A stretch of DNA of 62,219 bases from a virus (lineage: Duplodnaviria; Heunggongvirae; Uroviricota; Caudoviricetes), in IMG/VR virus record IMGVR_UViG_3300033148_004507. The stretch is one strand, 5' to 3'. Positions 36,162 to 46,353 of this stretch are shown piece after piece. Both the position numbers and the translations under genes were made by a program. The notes beneath the pieces are model-generated. The model was not told the origin of the DNA, did not search any database, and saw nothing but the letters and a program-made list of their open reading frames with translations. The stretch's first letter is position 1. Every line of letters begins with the position of its first letter.

Positions 36162-39100
36162 AAACTAGAATTATAATAATAGCGATAATATCTTGTTTGA
36201 TATTAATGAATTTCTCACAGGTCGTATCTGCCGAAGTAACTCAGGTAAGTAAAACACTATACATTCAACCGAATTTTAATTTTGATTATACGACATCTCT
36301 TAACATTGTCAATAAAAGTAATATAAATTATACAAATACCGAATTATTGATAGAGCCATTCATACTAGATTCTGGCATAGATGGGGGTTTTTCAGGCTCA
36401 TTTTTACCGCCAGCTAAGTTTCAATTAAACGATGCGACATCATCAAGTACGAATGACCATCTAATATTATCTTCAATTGTCGAATTCAATAGAAAGAATC
36501 TCTTATCTGGTTCGTCAGTATCGTGGTGGAGATGCCCATATTTTTATAATTCTAGTATACCTGCATCAAGAGATTGGGGACTGACTCTTTCAATATACCA
36601 TCTTAACACACCACGTACTGCAAACTTATCATTCGAATATGCTGGAGGAATTAGTAATTATCCAGTTGTTCCGACATTACATTCTGACCCATCATTAATT
36701 TTTACAAAAACATATTCAGATTGTGGTCAAACACAAAATGATAACCAATGGAATTTCACAAGATTTGGCAAGCTACCATTGAATGAAACTCTTCTCGACC
36801 CAGATTTACCATTGCAAACAGACTCTTTAGAGCCAGATTATAATCCATATATGTGGATGATAGATAATAGTTACAATATAACTATAGATTATAGTATGGC
36901 TTGGTTTAACGTAACAGCCCCAATATATCCTGGGGAGGCATACATGGTAATTTGGGACATTATTGATTCCACAACAAGCCCAAACGAGGCAGGTAGTTTC
37001 TGGTTAACTGCATCAGATATTGGAAATAATTATTATGGTAAGACATTAGTTTCATGGAACGATAGAGATATATTCGAGATACCATTAGATTTAGATTCAT
37101 CTGTGATATTTCAAGTAGGCATGGGTTCTGGAGTAACTGGTGAAAAATTACAAGATAATATAGTTGGATATAATGACCACACAGCCTTTTTATCTAACCC
37201 TAGCTTTGAGAGTACAACTTTTAAATTCCAACGTGATTTTAGCTCTTCTTTTGCAGTAGAAGGATGGCATACTAACATTAATGGAATTTGTAGTATAAGT
37301 CATAATAGTGCATCAGGTCGAGCAGAATTTGATTTTGATGAAACAGGTTCTTTAACATCTGGGTCTAGTGGAATATCAGGGGATTTGGGCATAACCTGGG
37401 CCGAAATGTATTATGATTTTCTAACATTATGGGGTACAGACGGTGAGAATGCAAAATTTGATATTACAATGAATCCAATTGAAGTTGTAGACACATTTGG
37501 AAGTGGGACAGCATTCACATCATCATTAATGGTTGGTTTATTCAGTACGACTGGAGAACATAGTAGAATAATAATAAAAAGATGGGCATTTGTAGATGCA
37601 GTTACAGAAGTTGTAACATATGACCATAAAGTAGGAGTTTTCAATTCAGGGGGAACTTGGGATTATTATCCAATACCGTATGAGATATTCCCAACCAATT
37701 TCTACTTATCTTTACAATCTGATACTGTCACAGGAAACACAATAGTACATATGTATGACCACAATAATCCAAATAAAATTTGGTTTAGTTGTATGGCTCC
37801 TTCATCATACACGGGAACAACATCGATAGATGGCATATATTTCGCAGGTGCTATAGAGGCATCGACTTTAAATACAGATGTGGTTCAAGATGGTCTTGTG
37901 GCAATAGCAATAGATAAGCTCTCTGTAACCGAGAGGGGAGATTCATCATGGTCATATTATGGTGGAGCCGACATATTATGGTCTAAGAACAATTTCTGGG
38001 ATGGATTCGAAACAGTTGTTCCAGGGTACGATGGAATTCCAGCTACTCTTAATGAACAAGCTTTAGCCGTAACTCATAGGGGGACTGGTGCTGTACAAGC
38101 ATGGGTTCAACAAAGCATTCCAGTTGCATTTTTCGATAAACGTGTATTTGCTACAGCATACTATAGAATGCAAAATAATATACCATCTGATACATTCATA
38201 ACTATAGGTCTATCTGGTTGGGATGGGTCTTGGCATAGCGTATCGGACAGTTATTACGTAAGAGATGTTGCTTGGCATCAAGTTAGTACGGGGCATTTAG
38301 TTGGCAGTTTCAGTCAGGTAAGAATAACAATATCTGCATGGTTTCCAGCGAATTCTCCTGCGGATTTAAACATGGCATTTTTCGATGATATTAATATTTT
38401 TAGTATTGATAACTTACCTAAAAACACTCATGAGTTCTATCAAGAAGTAGACCACACTGAATTTAATGCAATTAACTATTACTCATTCATGTTTCCTATA
38501 AAACACGCAATAGCTCCAGATTTCCCACCATATTGTAGATTAGATTTCAGAAATTCTGTAGGTACAATAATGTTAACAAAATATACAATGCCCACAGATT
38601 TCTATGATGATTTTATAATGTGGGGGATACCTACATCAGACATAGACCCCGCAGTAACGGATGTAAAGATTACCTTAATAAATTATTGTGAAGATGCCTA
38701 TATATTCATGTATGATAGAAATAGCGATTTCAATTTCAATGATGAATTTAACACGGATTATAATTATATGAAAGATGTTGATACAACATCCACAACAGTT
38801 AAAGAAACATTCTACTCTCCATTTTATTCATTAAGGGCAACAGAGGGCCAATGGATTAATGCAGATTCGGATTTCACGACTACATATTTCTATTATGTAA
38901 CTGTAAGATTTGTGACATTTAGAGATAATGATGTGGAGATAGTATCAATAGAATTCCATACAATAGATGTTGGTAATTTAGAAATGTTTACTATGAATTT
39001 AAAATCATTTGGTAATGTATATAATGATGCTGAATGGCTGGCATATCTTGAGTTAAGGAATCGTCCAGATTTCTGGGATGTGGTTAGTGATTGGTTTGTA

Positions 39101-39430
39101 TTACTGAGTGGCATAGGGATATGGCAGTATACGATTGGTAAGTTCATTTATAAAGTTATAGAATTCCTTACACCTCTAGTAGAGGATTTAATAAATTTAA
39201 TTCTTGAAGTGGTGGTATTAGTAATATCATTGATAATTTATTTCCTATCTGTCTGGATAATGTGGAAATTTGTACGGTTCTGGATATTAATTGCTGAAGG
39301 TAAAACGGAAGAAGCTATAATGGAATTCCAGAGTGTCACATCAAGCATTACTGGGGCCGTTACGGGCATTGCTACAAAGGTTTCAAGTGGGGGGTCAAGA
39401 GGTAAGGGCGGGAGGTTAAGGGGCAAATGA
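36158..39430 (+). CDS. Largest surface glycoprotein (spike/receptor-binding candidate); best start is ATA at 36158
   Basis: Signal peptide (M)KTRIIIIAIISCLILMNFSQVVSA|E needs 36158; GGAGGA RBS 7 nt upstream; CBM-like LSNPSFES; C-terminal TM helices and basic tail. Confidence 0.8.
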   Translation: MKTRIIIIAIISCLILMNFSQVVSAEVTQVSKTLYIQPNFNFDYTTSLNIVNKSNINYTNTELLIEPFILDSGIDGGFSGSFLPPAKFQLNDATSSSTNDHLILSSIVEFNRKNLLSGSSVSWWRCPYFYNSSIPASRDWGLTLSIYHLNTPRTANLSFEYAGGISNYPVVPTLHSDPSLIFTKTYSDCGQTQNDNQWNFTRFGKLPLNETLLDPDLPLQTDSLEPDYNPYMWMIDNSYNITIDYSMAWFNVTAPIYPGEAYMVIWDIIDSTTSPNEAGSFWLTASDIGNNYYGKTLVSWNDRDIFEIPLDLDSSVIFQVGMGSGVTGEKLQDNIVGYNDHTAFLSNPSFESTTFKFQRDFSSSFAVEGWHTNINGICSISHNSASGRAEFDFDETGSLTSGSSGISGDLGITWAEMYYDFLTLWGTDGENAKFDITMNPIEVVDTFGSGTAFTSSLMVGLFSTTGEHSRIIIKRWAFVDAVTEVVTYDHKVGVFNSGGTWDYYPIPYEIFPTNFYLSLQSDTVTGNTIVHMYDHNNPNKIWFSCMAPSSYTGTTSIDGIYFAGAIEASTLNTDVVQDGLVAIAIDKLSVTERGDSSWSYYGGADILWSKNNFWDGFETVVPGYDGIPATLNEQALAVTHRGTGAVQAWVQQSIPVAFFDKRVFATAYYRMQNNIPSDTFITIGLSGWDGSWHSVSDSYYVRDVAWHQVSTGHLVGSFSQVRITISAWFPANSPADLNMAFFDDINIFSIDNLPKNTHEFYQEVDHTEFNAINYYSFMFPIKHAIAPDFPPYCRLDFRNSVGTIMLTKYTMPTDFYDDFIMWGIPTSDIDPAVTDVKITLINYCEDAYIFMYDRNSDFNFNDEFNTDYNYMKDVDTTSTTVKETFYSPFYSLRATEGQWINADSDFTTTYFYYVTVRFVTFRDNDVEIVSIEFHTIDVGNLEMFTMNLKSFGNVYNDAEWLAYLELRNRPDFWDVVSDWFVLLSGIGIWQYTIGKFIYKVIEFLTPLVEDLINLILEVVVLVISLIIYFLSVWIMWKFVRFWILIAEGKTEEAIMEFQSVTSSITGAVTGIATKVSSGGSRGKGGRLRGK

Positions 39431-39771
39431 TAATAGCGGAGCTTCCATTTTGGGAATTATTGATTTATTATCTTTTACCAATAACAATAGGTGTTCTCTT
39501 ATTTGTTAGAATACTCAACCTTGTAATCGAGGCTATAGAGCGATTTAAAGAGAAAGCAATGTTGGTATTGCAAGACTTAGCTGATTTAATGTTATATTTG
39601 ATGTTCATAGTAGGTATAATAGGGATAGTCTATTATCTTCTAGGACAACAACCAGATGGCTTTTCAATATTTGATTTCTTAATTGAAGAGATGATTCCTA
39701 ATACTTGGTATATTCTATTATTATATGGTATATTGGTGAATTTACAGATATTATTGGGGAGGCATGATTGA
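39427..39771 (+). CDS. Three-TM membrane protein
   Basis: Hydrophobic helices. Confidence 0.7.
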   Translation: MIIAELPFWELLIYYLLPITIGVLLFVRILNLVIEAIERFKEKAMLVLQDLADLMLYLMFIVGIIGIVYYLLGQQPDGFSIFDFLIEEMIPNTWYILLLYGILVNLQILLGRHD

Positions 39772-39863
39772 TGGTAGATTTAGATATTATGTTGGGCTTA
39801 GTGACTGCATTAGTTGGATTAGCTCTCTTCAATCATATTGTCAAATTATTGTACAGGACTTAA
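39771..39863 (+). CDS. 30-aa hydrophobic peptide
   Basis: GGGAGG RBS, TGATG overlap, single TM. Confidence 0.45.
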   Translation: MVDLDIMLGLVTALVGLALFNHIVKLLYRT

Positions 39864-39905
39864 CATATTCCTAACTAAATAATGGAGTATATATAGTTTG
39901 GTGTT

Positions 39906-39917
39906 AAACCTTTATAA
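39906..39917 (+). promoter_or_regulatory. Putative archaeal promoter AAACCTTTATAA
   Basis: BRE/TATA consensus in the gap upstream of the 40154 gene. Confidence 0.5.
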
Positions 39918-40153
39918 TAGAGAACAGGTTTTATGGGTATTCATGCAAACAAGCATAAGCGACCAACGAGTACATCTGGGCAAGAGATGTAAAAACAGAA
40001 TGCCGAGTCTTTACAGACAGGAGGGTATTATATGAGTACCGATTTTAGTGAAATCTTGTAATACTTATTGTATTCAAGTGGATAGTCAAGTCATTTTCCG
40101 AGATGGAATTCTAATTTTGGCTAATCTCTTATCCCTATTAAGGAGAGGATTAA

Positions 40154-40735
40154 ATGAAATTAAGTTCCACCTTTGTGTTAATGCTGACTGCATTAATGGT
40201 GCTTGCTCTTGCATCACCATTAGTTATTGCTTCATCCGAAACTGGTGCAAACCAGAACAGGGTCGTAACCCTTACTGACCAGTATGCTGGAGAGGCCACA
40301 AACGCCACCGTTACCGTACCTAACATCTTGAGTAACGCATCTGCGAATTCATTTGCATTTGTAATTCTTGATGAGAGTGCTGGAACTGATGATTATACAT
40401 TCAACATAACCATCTGGGACAACAACGCAACTTGGTATAACGGAAGCGTTGACATCACGACCATAGTTGATGACAACGTAACAGGCTACGTGAACTTTAC
40501 AGCAGACACATTTGCTCTTGTAAATAACGCTAACATTACAGTTACAATGATTTACACGGGAAACTATTCCGTAGCAGATGTCTGGTATGGTGAGGTGGAT
40601 ATTATATCTGAGAATACTTACGCCATGCGTGTTACCGTAACAGGTATAATAATGTCAGTTATGGGATTAGCCATTATGCTAATGTTCATGGTGAAAATTT
40701 TCCAGAATATAAATATGACATCGAAAGATGACTGA
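40154..40735 (+). CDS. Small secreted, C-terminally anchored glycoprotein; candidate major envelope protein
   Basis: Signal peptide, nine NxS/T sequons in the ectodomain, C-terminal TM; AGGAGG RBS; AAC-rich codon use; followed by a terminator. Confidence 0.8.
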   Translation: MKLSSTFVLMLTALMVLALASPLVIASSETGANQNRVVTLTDQYAGEATNATVTVPNILSNASANSFAFVILDESAGTDDYTFNITIWDNNATWYNGSVDITTIVDDNVTGYVNFTADTFALVNNANITVTMIYTGNYSVADVWYGEVDIISENTYAMRVTVTGIIMSVMGLAIMLMFMVKIFQNINMTSKDD

Positions 40736-40756
40736 TGCAATAACAGCAAAATAAAT

Positions 40757-40790
40757 GGGGGCGATGAAAGTCGCTCCCCCTTTTAATTTT
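40757..40790 (+). terminator. Hairpin + T-tract terminator
   Basis: GGGGGCGA-TGAAAG-TCGCTCCCCC followed by TTTTAATTTT. Confidence 0.65.
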
Positions 40791-40934
40791 CTGCTCCCAC
40801 TTTTAGAGGGGGTGAACAGTACCAATATAATAACAGAGGAGATGTATAAACATCATAAAGAAAGATGAAACAGACATCGAGTTTTCACAGTTATTCAATG
40901 ATAATTATCACAATTATTTTGGAGGGATTTAGCA

Positions 40935-41534
40935 ATGAAAAGGGGTAGTGGCTGGAGGGGCGAATCGCACAGGCATCGATTAGCAGGCATGGGCATCAAG
41001 ACATCTAATGGGGTATGGGCTATTAAAGATTTTAATATGGAACAACACATGATTGAATATAATAAATATTGGAGAAATCAATCAAATACACTTCCAGAAT
41101 ATATTATATCTGATGATGAACTGATAAAAATATTATCAAAAGTATTCAAACAGTTTAGAAATAAGAAAGTAACTGAGAAAGACATTATATTTGAAATATC
41201 ATTAGGTTATAGATGGGTGACTCCGAGAGAAGCATCGATATTAGTTAATACAGCAGAAGAGAGGGGCTTAATAACACTAGATTCAGAAAAACTAAAAGGT
41301 ATAAAAGGACAATCAGTAGCCACAGTAGAGTTCGATTATAAAAATATTGAGACAGAAGGATTTATTGCAAGAATTCAAGAAGATGCAACAATACAATTAG
41401 AAGCATCAGGTCAATTATTCAGATTCAATGAATTAGAGCCTCATATTCAGAGATTAGTATTGAGATATGATACTCTTGAAAACATAAGGAGAAACGAACC
41501 ACTCTTTTTTGAGAGTGGCACAGAGGTTTATTGA
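40935..41534 (+). CDS. Leader-tag protein 1 (GWRGESHRHRLAGMGIKT)
   Basis: N-terminal shared motif; internal LEASG; DUF2240-like EISLGYRWVTPREA segment possible. Confidence 0.8.
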   Translation: MKRGSGWRGESHRHRLAGMGIKTSNGVWAIKDFNMEQHMIEYNKYWRNQSNTLPEYIISDDELIKILSKVFKQFRNKKVTEKDIIFEISLGYRWVTPREASILVNTAEERGLITLDSEKLKGIKGQSVATVEFDYKNIETEGFIARIQEDATIQLEASGQLFRFNELEPHIQRLVLRYDTLENIRRNEPLFFESGTEVY

Positions 41535-41544
41535 GGGATTTCAA

Positions 41545-42066
41545 ATGGGTAAAAGTAATAGTCAAGGTTGGAAGGGCGAATCGAGGAGACATAGCATGGC
41601 CCGTATGGGATATAAGACAGTCCTCCCAGACGGTAGGAGACTCCACATGGGCGACTTTGTTGCAGGCGGGAGTATTCATGGATATAATGTAAATGAAATT
41701 TATGACCACTTTATTATCGCAATGTTATGGAGTTCCCACGATGATAATTATAAACATGAGGTACATTTGGAAGATAATTATGATATAGGCGATATTGATG
41801 CAGAAACAAAAATAGCCATAAAGAATCATATTGAATCATTTATAAAAGAAAATCATGAGATTATAAAGGAGTTAGAAATATCTGAAGAAATGATTGGTCA
41901 TGATTTATTTATGGATACACAAGGTCATGGGGTAGGATTTTGGGATAGGGGATATAGTTCGTTGGGAAATAAATTAAGCGAGAATGCAAGTAAATATTTC
42001 AACGATAGTATGTATGCTTATGCAGGTGATGATGGTAAAATCTATTTTGAAGGGGTAAGTGATTAA
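41545..42066 (+). CDS. Leader-tag protein 2 (extended leader ending FVAGG)
   Basis: GWKGESRRHSMARMGYKT; payload with GHDLFMDTQGHGVGFWDRG phage-type motif. Confidence 0.8.
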   Translation: MGKSNSQGWKGESRRHSMARMGYKTVLPDGRRLHMGDFVAGGSIHGYNVNEIYDHFIIAMLWSSHDDNYKHEVHLEDNYDIGDIDAETKIAIKNHIESFIKENHEIIKELEISEEMIGHDLFMDTQGHGVGFWDRGYSSLGNKLSENASKYFNDSMYAYAGDDGKIYFEGVSD

Positions 42067-42067
42067 T

Positions 42068-42637
42068 ATGAAAGGTAGAGGGCAAGGCTGGAAAGGAGAA
42101 TCGCAAAGGCACAGAATGAGTTCATACGGCATATCCACAACGGGTCAGGAAGGCCGATTGCATGGACTTGCAGTAAAAGAGGGTATTACACCTCTCGATG
42201 TAGACCGTAGAGAGCTATTAAAGGGCATGTACATTGAGATGGAGCATACAGACGACCCAATGGTTGCCATGCAGATTGCCTTAGACCATTTGGCCGAGCA
42301 TGACCATTATTACTCAGAGGTCTTGATAGACCATGAAGAGTTAGAAGCTAGTGGCCTTATGGACACCATAATTTCATCATTAATTCCTGTAATAGTTGAT
42401 AAGACATGGAGTACAGATACGAAAGCCTCTGGGATACCAAAATATAATGAACAAGAGTATGAACATGATTTAAAAAAATTAGAACAAATTACATTTGAAG
42501 AAGGACGTAAAATAAGCAAGTCACATTATCCAAAAAGTGAATATGATTTATTTGAAGAGAGATTAATCAGAAAATATGGTAGAGATGGATTTATGGATAT
42601 GCGTAGAGAAATGTATAAAAGAAATTTTGGAGGCTAA
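42068..42637 (+). CDS. Leader-tag protein 3 with DUF5661-like domain
   Basis: GWKGESQRHRMSSYGIST; KGMYIEMEHTDD...IALDHLAEHDHYY; LEASG. Confidence 0.8.
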   Translation: MKGRGQGWKGESQRHRMSSYGISTTGQEGRLHGLAVKEGITPLDVDRRELLKGMYIEMEHTDDPMVAMQIALDHLAEHDHYYSEVLIDHEELEASGLMDTIISSLIPVIVDKTWSTDTKASGIPKYNEQEYEHDLKKLEQITFEEGRKISKSHYPKSEYDLFEERLIRKYGRDGFMDMRREMYKRNFGG

Positions 42638-42639
42638 AT

Positions 42640-43371
42640 ATGAAAGGACAAGGCTGGAAAAACGAATCACATAGACACAGGATGGCAGGCATGGGCATCA
42701 AAAGTGGAAATAAATCAATCAATATAAGTACAAAAAATAAGACACATAAGTTTGCTAATAGTTTACCATTTTGGAATAAGAAAGAAATAAAAGAATTTGA
42801 AGATAGATTTGGAAAGATTACAGGTGTAGATGATGAAAGGTATGGCGAATATAGGATAGAAATTAATAATAAAGAATATAGAGTATTTAAAAGTTTTGAT
42901 ATAGCAGAAACTACAGCAATTATGGAAGTAAAAGAAGATTTAGAAGATGACCCTGGATTATTCTCATCATCATGGTTAGAAAGTCATCTTGATTTAGAAG
43001 CGATGTTAGATATTCTGGTAGATGACTATGATGAATTAACATTTGGAGAACCTGCAATAGATTGGTTTAATGAAGATGAAATAAGAGAAGCATTAGATTT
43101 AAAAGAAATAGAACCAATAGCAGATATAAATATGGATGATTTACAAGGTACAGATTTATATGATGCTAGAGCGAAAGAAAGGGCTGAAGATATAGTTTAT
43201 AATGGTGCAGATAGAAACATATATTTCCCAAGTGATGTGATTAGAAGTTATTTAGATATTGATTCTGCATCAGAAGAAGCTGTAATGATAGATGGAGTAG
43301 GCCATTTTCTTGCAGGATATGATGGAGATGAACATAACATTAGAGATGCATATATTTATAGAATAAATTAG
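42640..43371 (+). CDS. Leader-tag protein 4 (acidic payload)
   Basis: GWKNESHRHRMAGMGIKS; C-terminal DGVGHFLAGYDGDE...YIYRIN. Confidence 0.8.
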   Translation: MKGQGWKNESHRHRMAGMGIKSGNKSINISTKNKTHKFANSLPFWNKKEIKEFEDRFGKITGVDDERYGEYRIEINNKEYRVFKSFDIAETTAIMEVKEDLEDDPGLFSSSWLESHLDLEAMLDILVDDYDELTFGEPAIDWFNEDEIREALDLKEIEPIADINMDDLQGTDLYDARAKERAEDIVYNGADRNIYFPSDVIRSYLDIDSASEEAVMIDGVGHFLAGYDGDEHNIRDAYIYRIN

Positions 43372-43383
43372 GAGATGATTAAC

Positions 43384-43950
43384 ATGGTACAACCAAAGGG
43401 CTGGAGGGGAGAATCGCATAGGCATAGAATGGCAGGCATGGGCATCAGTACAAATAATCTCAAAGCATCTGGTGGTTTCAAAGTCACAGTTGGATACTTA
43501 GAAGATTTAATTAGAGAGAACAATGAAAAATATGGGACACAATTTCATCTTGGTGGGGCATATGGCAATTATGAATTATGGGCTGTAGACAATAAGGGGG
43601 ACAATCATAGGCTTGAAGCAGGAAGCAAAAAGGACGTTTATGAGGCATTTATAAAGTACCGATTCGTTGAGAAATACAGAAAAGACGAAATGCCTGCTAA
43701 TGGTAGTAACTCTGAAAAGAGCATATTTGAAATATTAAAAGAAAGAGGAATTCCCACAGACCATCATGAAAGCGATTTATATGTTAAAGCTACACCAGAA
43801 GCCATAGAATTAACTAAGGATTTCGAGAGCAGAGAATTCTTCACATCAAATATCGATGGAGAAAGGTGGATAGATTTACCATTCAGATATGACCCATTCT
43901 GGGACGAGAAGCAAAAAATAATTGATAAAGTTGATAGAGGTAAATATTAG
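43384..43950 (+). CDS. Leader-tag protein 5 (two payload segments)
   Basis: GWRGESHRHRMAGMGIST; LKASG and MPANG junctions; DHHESDLYV...PFRYDPFW payload. Confidence 0.8.
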   Translation: MVQPKGWRGESHRHRMAGMGISTNNLKASGGFKVTVGYLEDLIRENNEKYGTQFHLGGAYGNYELWAVDNKGDNHRLEAGSKKDVYEAFIKYRFVEKYRKDEMPANGSNSEKSIFEILKERGIPTDHHESDLYVKATPEAIELTKDFESREFFTSNIDGERWIDLPFRYDPFWDEKQKIIDKVDRGKY

Positions 43951-43961
43951 GAGAGATTAAT

Positions 43962-44685
43962 ATGAATGGCAAAGGACAAGGCTGGAGAAATGAGTCGCAT
44001 CGGCATAAACTTGCAGGCATGGGCATCAAGACAGGAAGCATGGGGGCATCTGGTAGAATAGATACCGTCAGGACTGAAGTCTTTAAGTTTGATGAGCTTT
44101 CTACAGAGGCTCAACAAAAAGCAATTGAGAAACAATATGATATTAATGTACGTGATTTTGAATGGTGGGATTCTGATGGATTGTTAGATTTATCATCGGA
44201 TGAAATGAAAAGATTAAAGATAAAATTATCAAAAGAATGGTGGAAATCTGATAAACCAAAAGACGATAGAGGTAATATCATCGGAGAATATCCTGCATAC
44301 ACTGGCCTAATCAAATATGATATTGGAGAATTCGATATTGATAGGAGACAATATGTGCAATTTGAAAATATTGAGATAATTGATGAAGATATTTTCAGAA
44401 AATTATTAGGCATACCAGTAAAGACATGGAAGAAGGTAGATTATTGGTTTTCAAATCCGCAAGGAGAATACAATACGGAAATAGGATTTGAAGCACATGA
44501 AGATTTAACATTGAGAGAAGAAGAAATTATGCAGAAAGCATCCGACATATGGGATGATAAAGTACATGATGCATATGTTTCATTGAATAAAGAATATGAA
44601 TACAGAACAGGCGAACGAAGCAATAATAGAAACAATCAAATCAAATGAATATGAATTTACAGAGGATGGTGAAATTTATGGGTAA
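43962..44685 (+). CDS. Leader-tag protein 6; apparent +1 frameshift near 44616 (ORF stops at 44648 as given; restored end 44685)
   Basis: GWRNESHRHKLAGMGIKT; MGASG; FKFDELSTEAQQKAIE; family-typical tail EAIIETIKSNEYEFTEDG continues in the +1 frame. Confidence 0.7.
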
Positions 44686-45370
44686 AGGTAACGGACAGGG
44701 TTGGAAAGGAGAGTCACGCAGGCATGCTATGTCTCGTATGGGCTACAAAACAGTTCTCCCAGATGGTAGGAGACTTCACATGGGCAACTTCGTTGCAGGT
44801 GGTGAACTTGCCTTATCATATGAGATGACGGGTGGTAAAGCACGTAATTTCGACTTTGGAGAGGGTTATGGGGAAACATGGGAACTATGGATTCCAGACT
44901 TCTATGATATGACAAAAGAAGAAGTTCTCAAATATCTTGAATCAGCAGTCGGTAAAGATTATATGGGTGAATATAATGATAAAGACAAAGACGAATTGAT
45001 AGATGATGCCACAGAGCTTTGGCATGAGCAAGAATCTCCTATGATGAACTACATATACCCTCTCGGCCAAGACTTCAGACCCGATGATGACACATATAAG
45101 AAGCTCAACAATATGACAATCGTAACGGTTGATGATGAGTATTATCTTGCCTTGACTGGCGGTGGTATGGACATGACTTGGCAAATAGCCGAGACTTATG
45201 TAAACTTGGGATATTTCCCACCTTCCGATTACTGTGATTTGCCAGGAATGGCTGGAAAAGACTATAAGAGCAAAAAGAACCAAAGGATAATCGAAGCTTG
45301 CAAAGAAAGTCTTGATGCAGTATCGGAAAGGGCATTGAGGACGAAGAAGAATATAGATAGGTTGGGATAA
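44678..45370 (+). CDS. Leader-tag protein 7 (extended leader ending FVAGG)
   Basis: GWKGESRRHAMSRMGYKT; payload PMMNYIYPL...LALTGGGMDMTWQIAETY. Confidence 0.8.
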   Translation: MGKGNGQGWKGESRRHAMSRMGYKTVLPDGRRLHMGNFVAGGELALSYEMTGGKARNFDFGEGYGETWELWIPDFYDMTKEEVLKYLESAVGKDYMGEYNDKDKDELIDDATELWHEQESPMMNYIYPLGQDFRPDDDTYKKLNNMTIVTVDDEYYLALTGGGMDMTWQIAETYVNLGYFPPSDYCDLPGMAGKDYKSKKNQRIIEACKESLDAVSERALRTKKNIDRLG

Positions 45371-45371
45371 T

Positions 45372-45890
45372 ATGAGTAAAGGTTGGTTTGGTGAGTCACG
45401 AAGGCATGGTATGGCGAAGATGGGCTATAAGACAGTTCTTCCAAACGGTATGAGATTCCATATGGCTGATTTCGTTGCTAGCGGTAAAAGAATAGAAATA
45501 GATTGGGAGAAAGGATTCCTTACAGAGAAAGAAATCAATCTGATAAAAAATAGAATGAATACTGGAGAGAAGGTTGATTTAAGCTATTTATATGAGCAAA
45601 GAGATACAACTAGCGAGGGTATGCTACTTACTCCTGAACAGAATCGTAAAGGATATGAATGGTTAATGAATCAATGGAAAACACCGAGAGGGGACGAGAG
45701 AAAGAACAATCCATTTGGTTATAGAGAACAAGACATTCTTGATAATTTTGACCATTTTGAACTAATTGATTTCTATGATGCTGGAAATATAAATAGAAGT
45801 TTCTATGTACCATATTATGAGGTCGTATCAAAGAATGGAGCTACATTTGAATATGTAATGGTTGGCGGAGAGATAAAGATATTGGGGTGA
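45372..45890 (+). CDS. Leader-tag protein 8 (extended leader ending FVASG)
   Basis: GWFGESRRHGMAKMGYKT. Confidence 0.8.
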   Translation: MSKGWFGESRRHGMAKMGYKTVLPNGMRFHMADFVASGKRIEIDWEKGFLTEKEINLIKNRMNTGEKVDLSYLYEQRDTTSEGMLLTPEQNRKGYEWLMNQWKTPRGDERKNNPFGYREQDILDNFDHFELIDFYDAGNINRSFYVPYYEVVSKNGATFEYVMVGGEIKILG

Positions 45891-45896
45891 TTGAGA

Positions 45897-46349
45897 ATGG
45901 CAAAACCTAAAGGCTGGAAAGGAGAAACGCACAGACACAAGATGGCGGGTATGGGAATAAGCACGACCCCTCAGAAGTTCAGCGAGAGTTCTGGGCTTTG
46001 GTTTGAAAGTAACGGCATATCAAAGGATACAGTACGGCTTGTCAACATGATTGGTTTTGATAGCGTTGATATAAAGGTAGCTAAAGGCTACGAGAGAAGC
46101 GAATACGAGAAGGATGCCAGTATGATAGCTATATTGCCAGTTTCTAAAGCGAAAGCGAGTGTAGAGTGGTTGGAAGATGAATATGAATCGTCCAATCAAG
46201 TTAGAAAGCATAAACTCATGAACATCGTAAAGATGACAAGAGCCAGAATTTCAAGGGAACTTGGAATGAGAAACCCGTCATCTACAAAGGTTGAACTTCA
46301 TAAGAGCAGAAACCTATTCAATAATTTTATAGTGACGTATGGGGGCTGA
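45897..46349 (+). CDS. Leader-tag protein 9
   Basis: GWKGETHRHKMAGMGIST; FESNG. Confidence 0.8.
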   Translation: MAKPKGWKGETHRHKMAGMGISTTPQKFSESSGLWFESNGISKDTVRLVNMIGFDSVDIKVAKGYERSEYEKDASMIAILPVSKAKASVEWLEDEYESSNQVRKHKLMNIVKMTRARISRELGMRNPSSTKVELHKSRNLFNNFIVTYGG

Positions 46350-46353
46350 TTAT

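Noticed and set aside
40048-40278. ORF 40048-40278 (+) and other out-of-frame + strand ORFs such as 4515-4706, 16121-16312, 24773-24976, 26818-27006, 58225-58464
   Set aside because: They are nested in better-supported genes in another frame and lack an RBS or recognisable motifs
44645-44677. N-terminal extension MNMNLQRMVKF of ORF 44645
   Set aside because: This DNA is better explained as the frameshifted tail of the upstream gene; the tag-bearing start is ATG 44678
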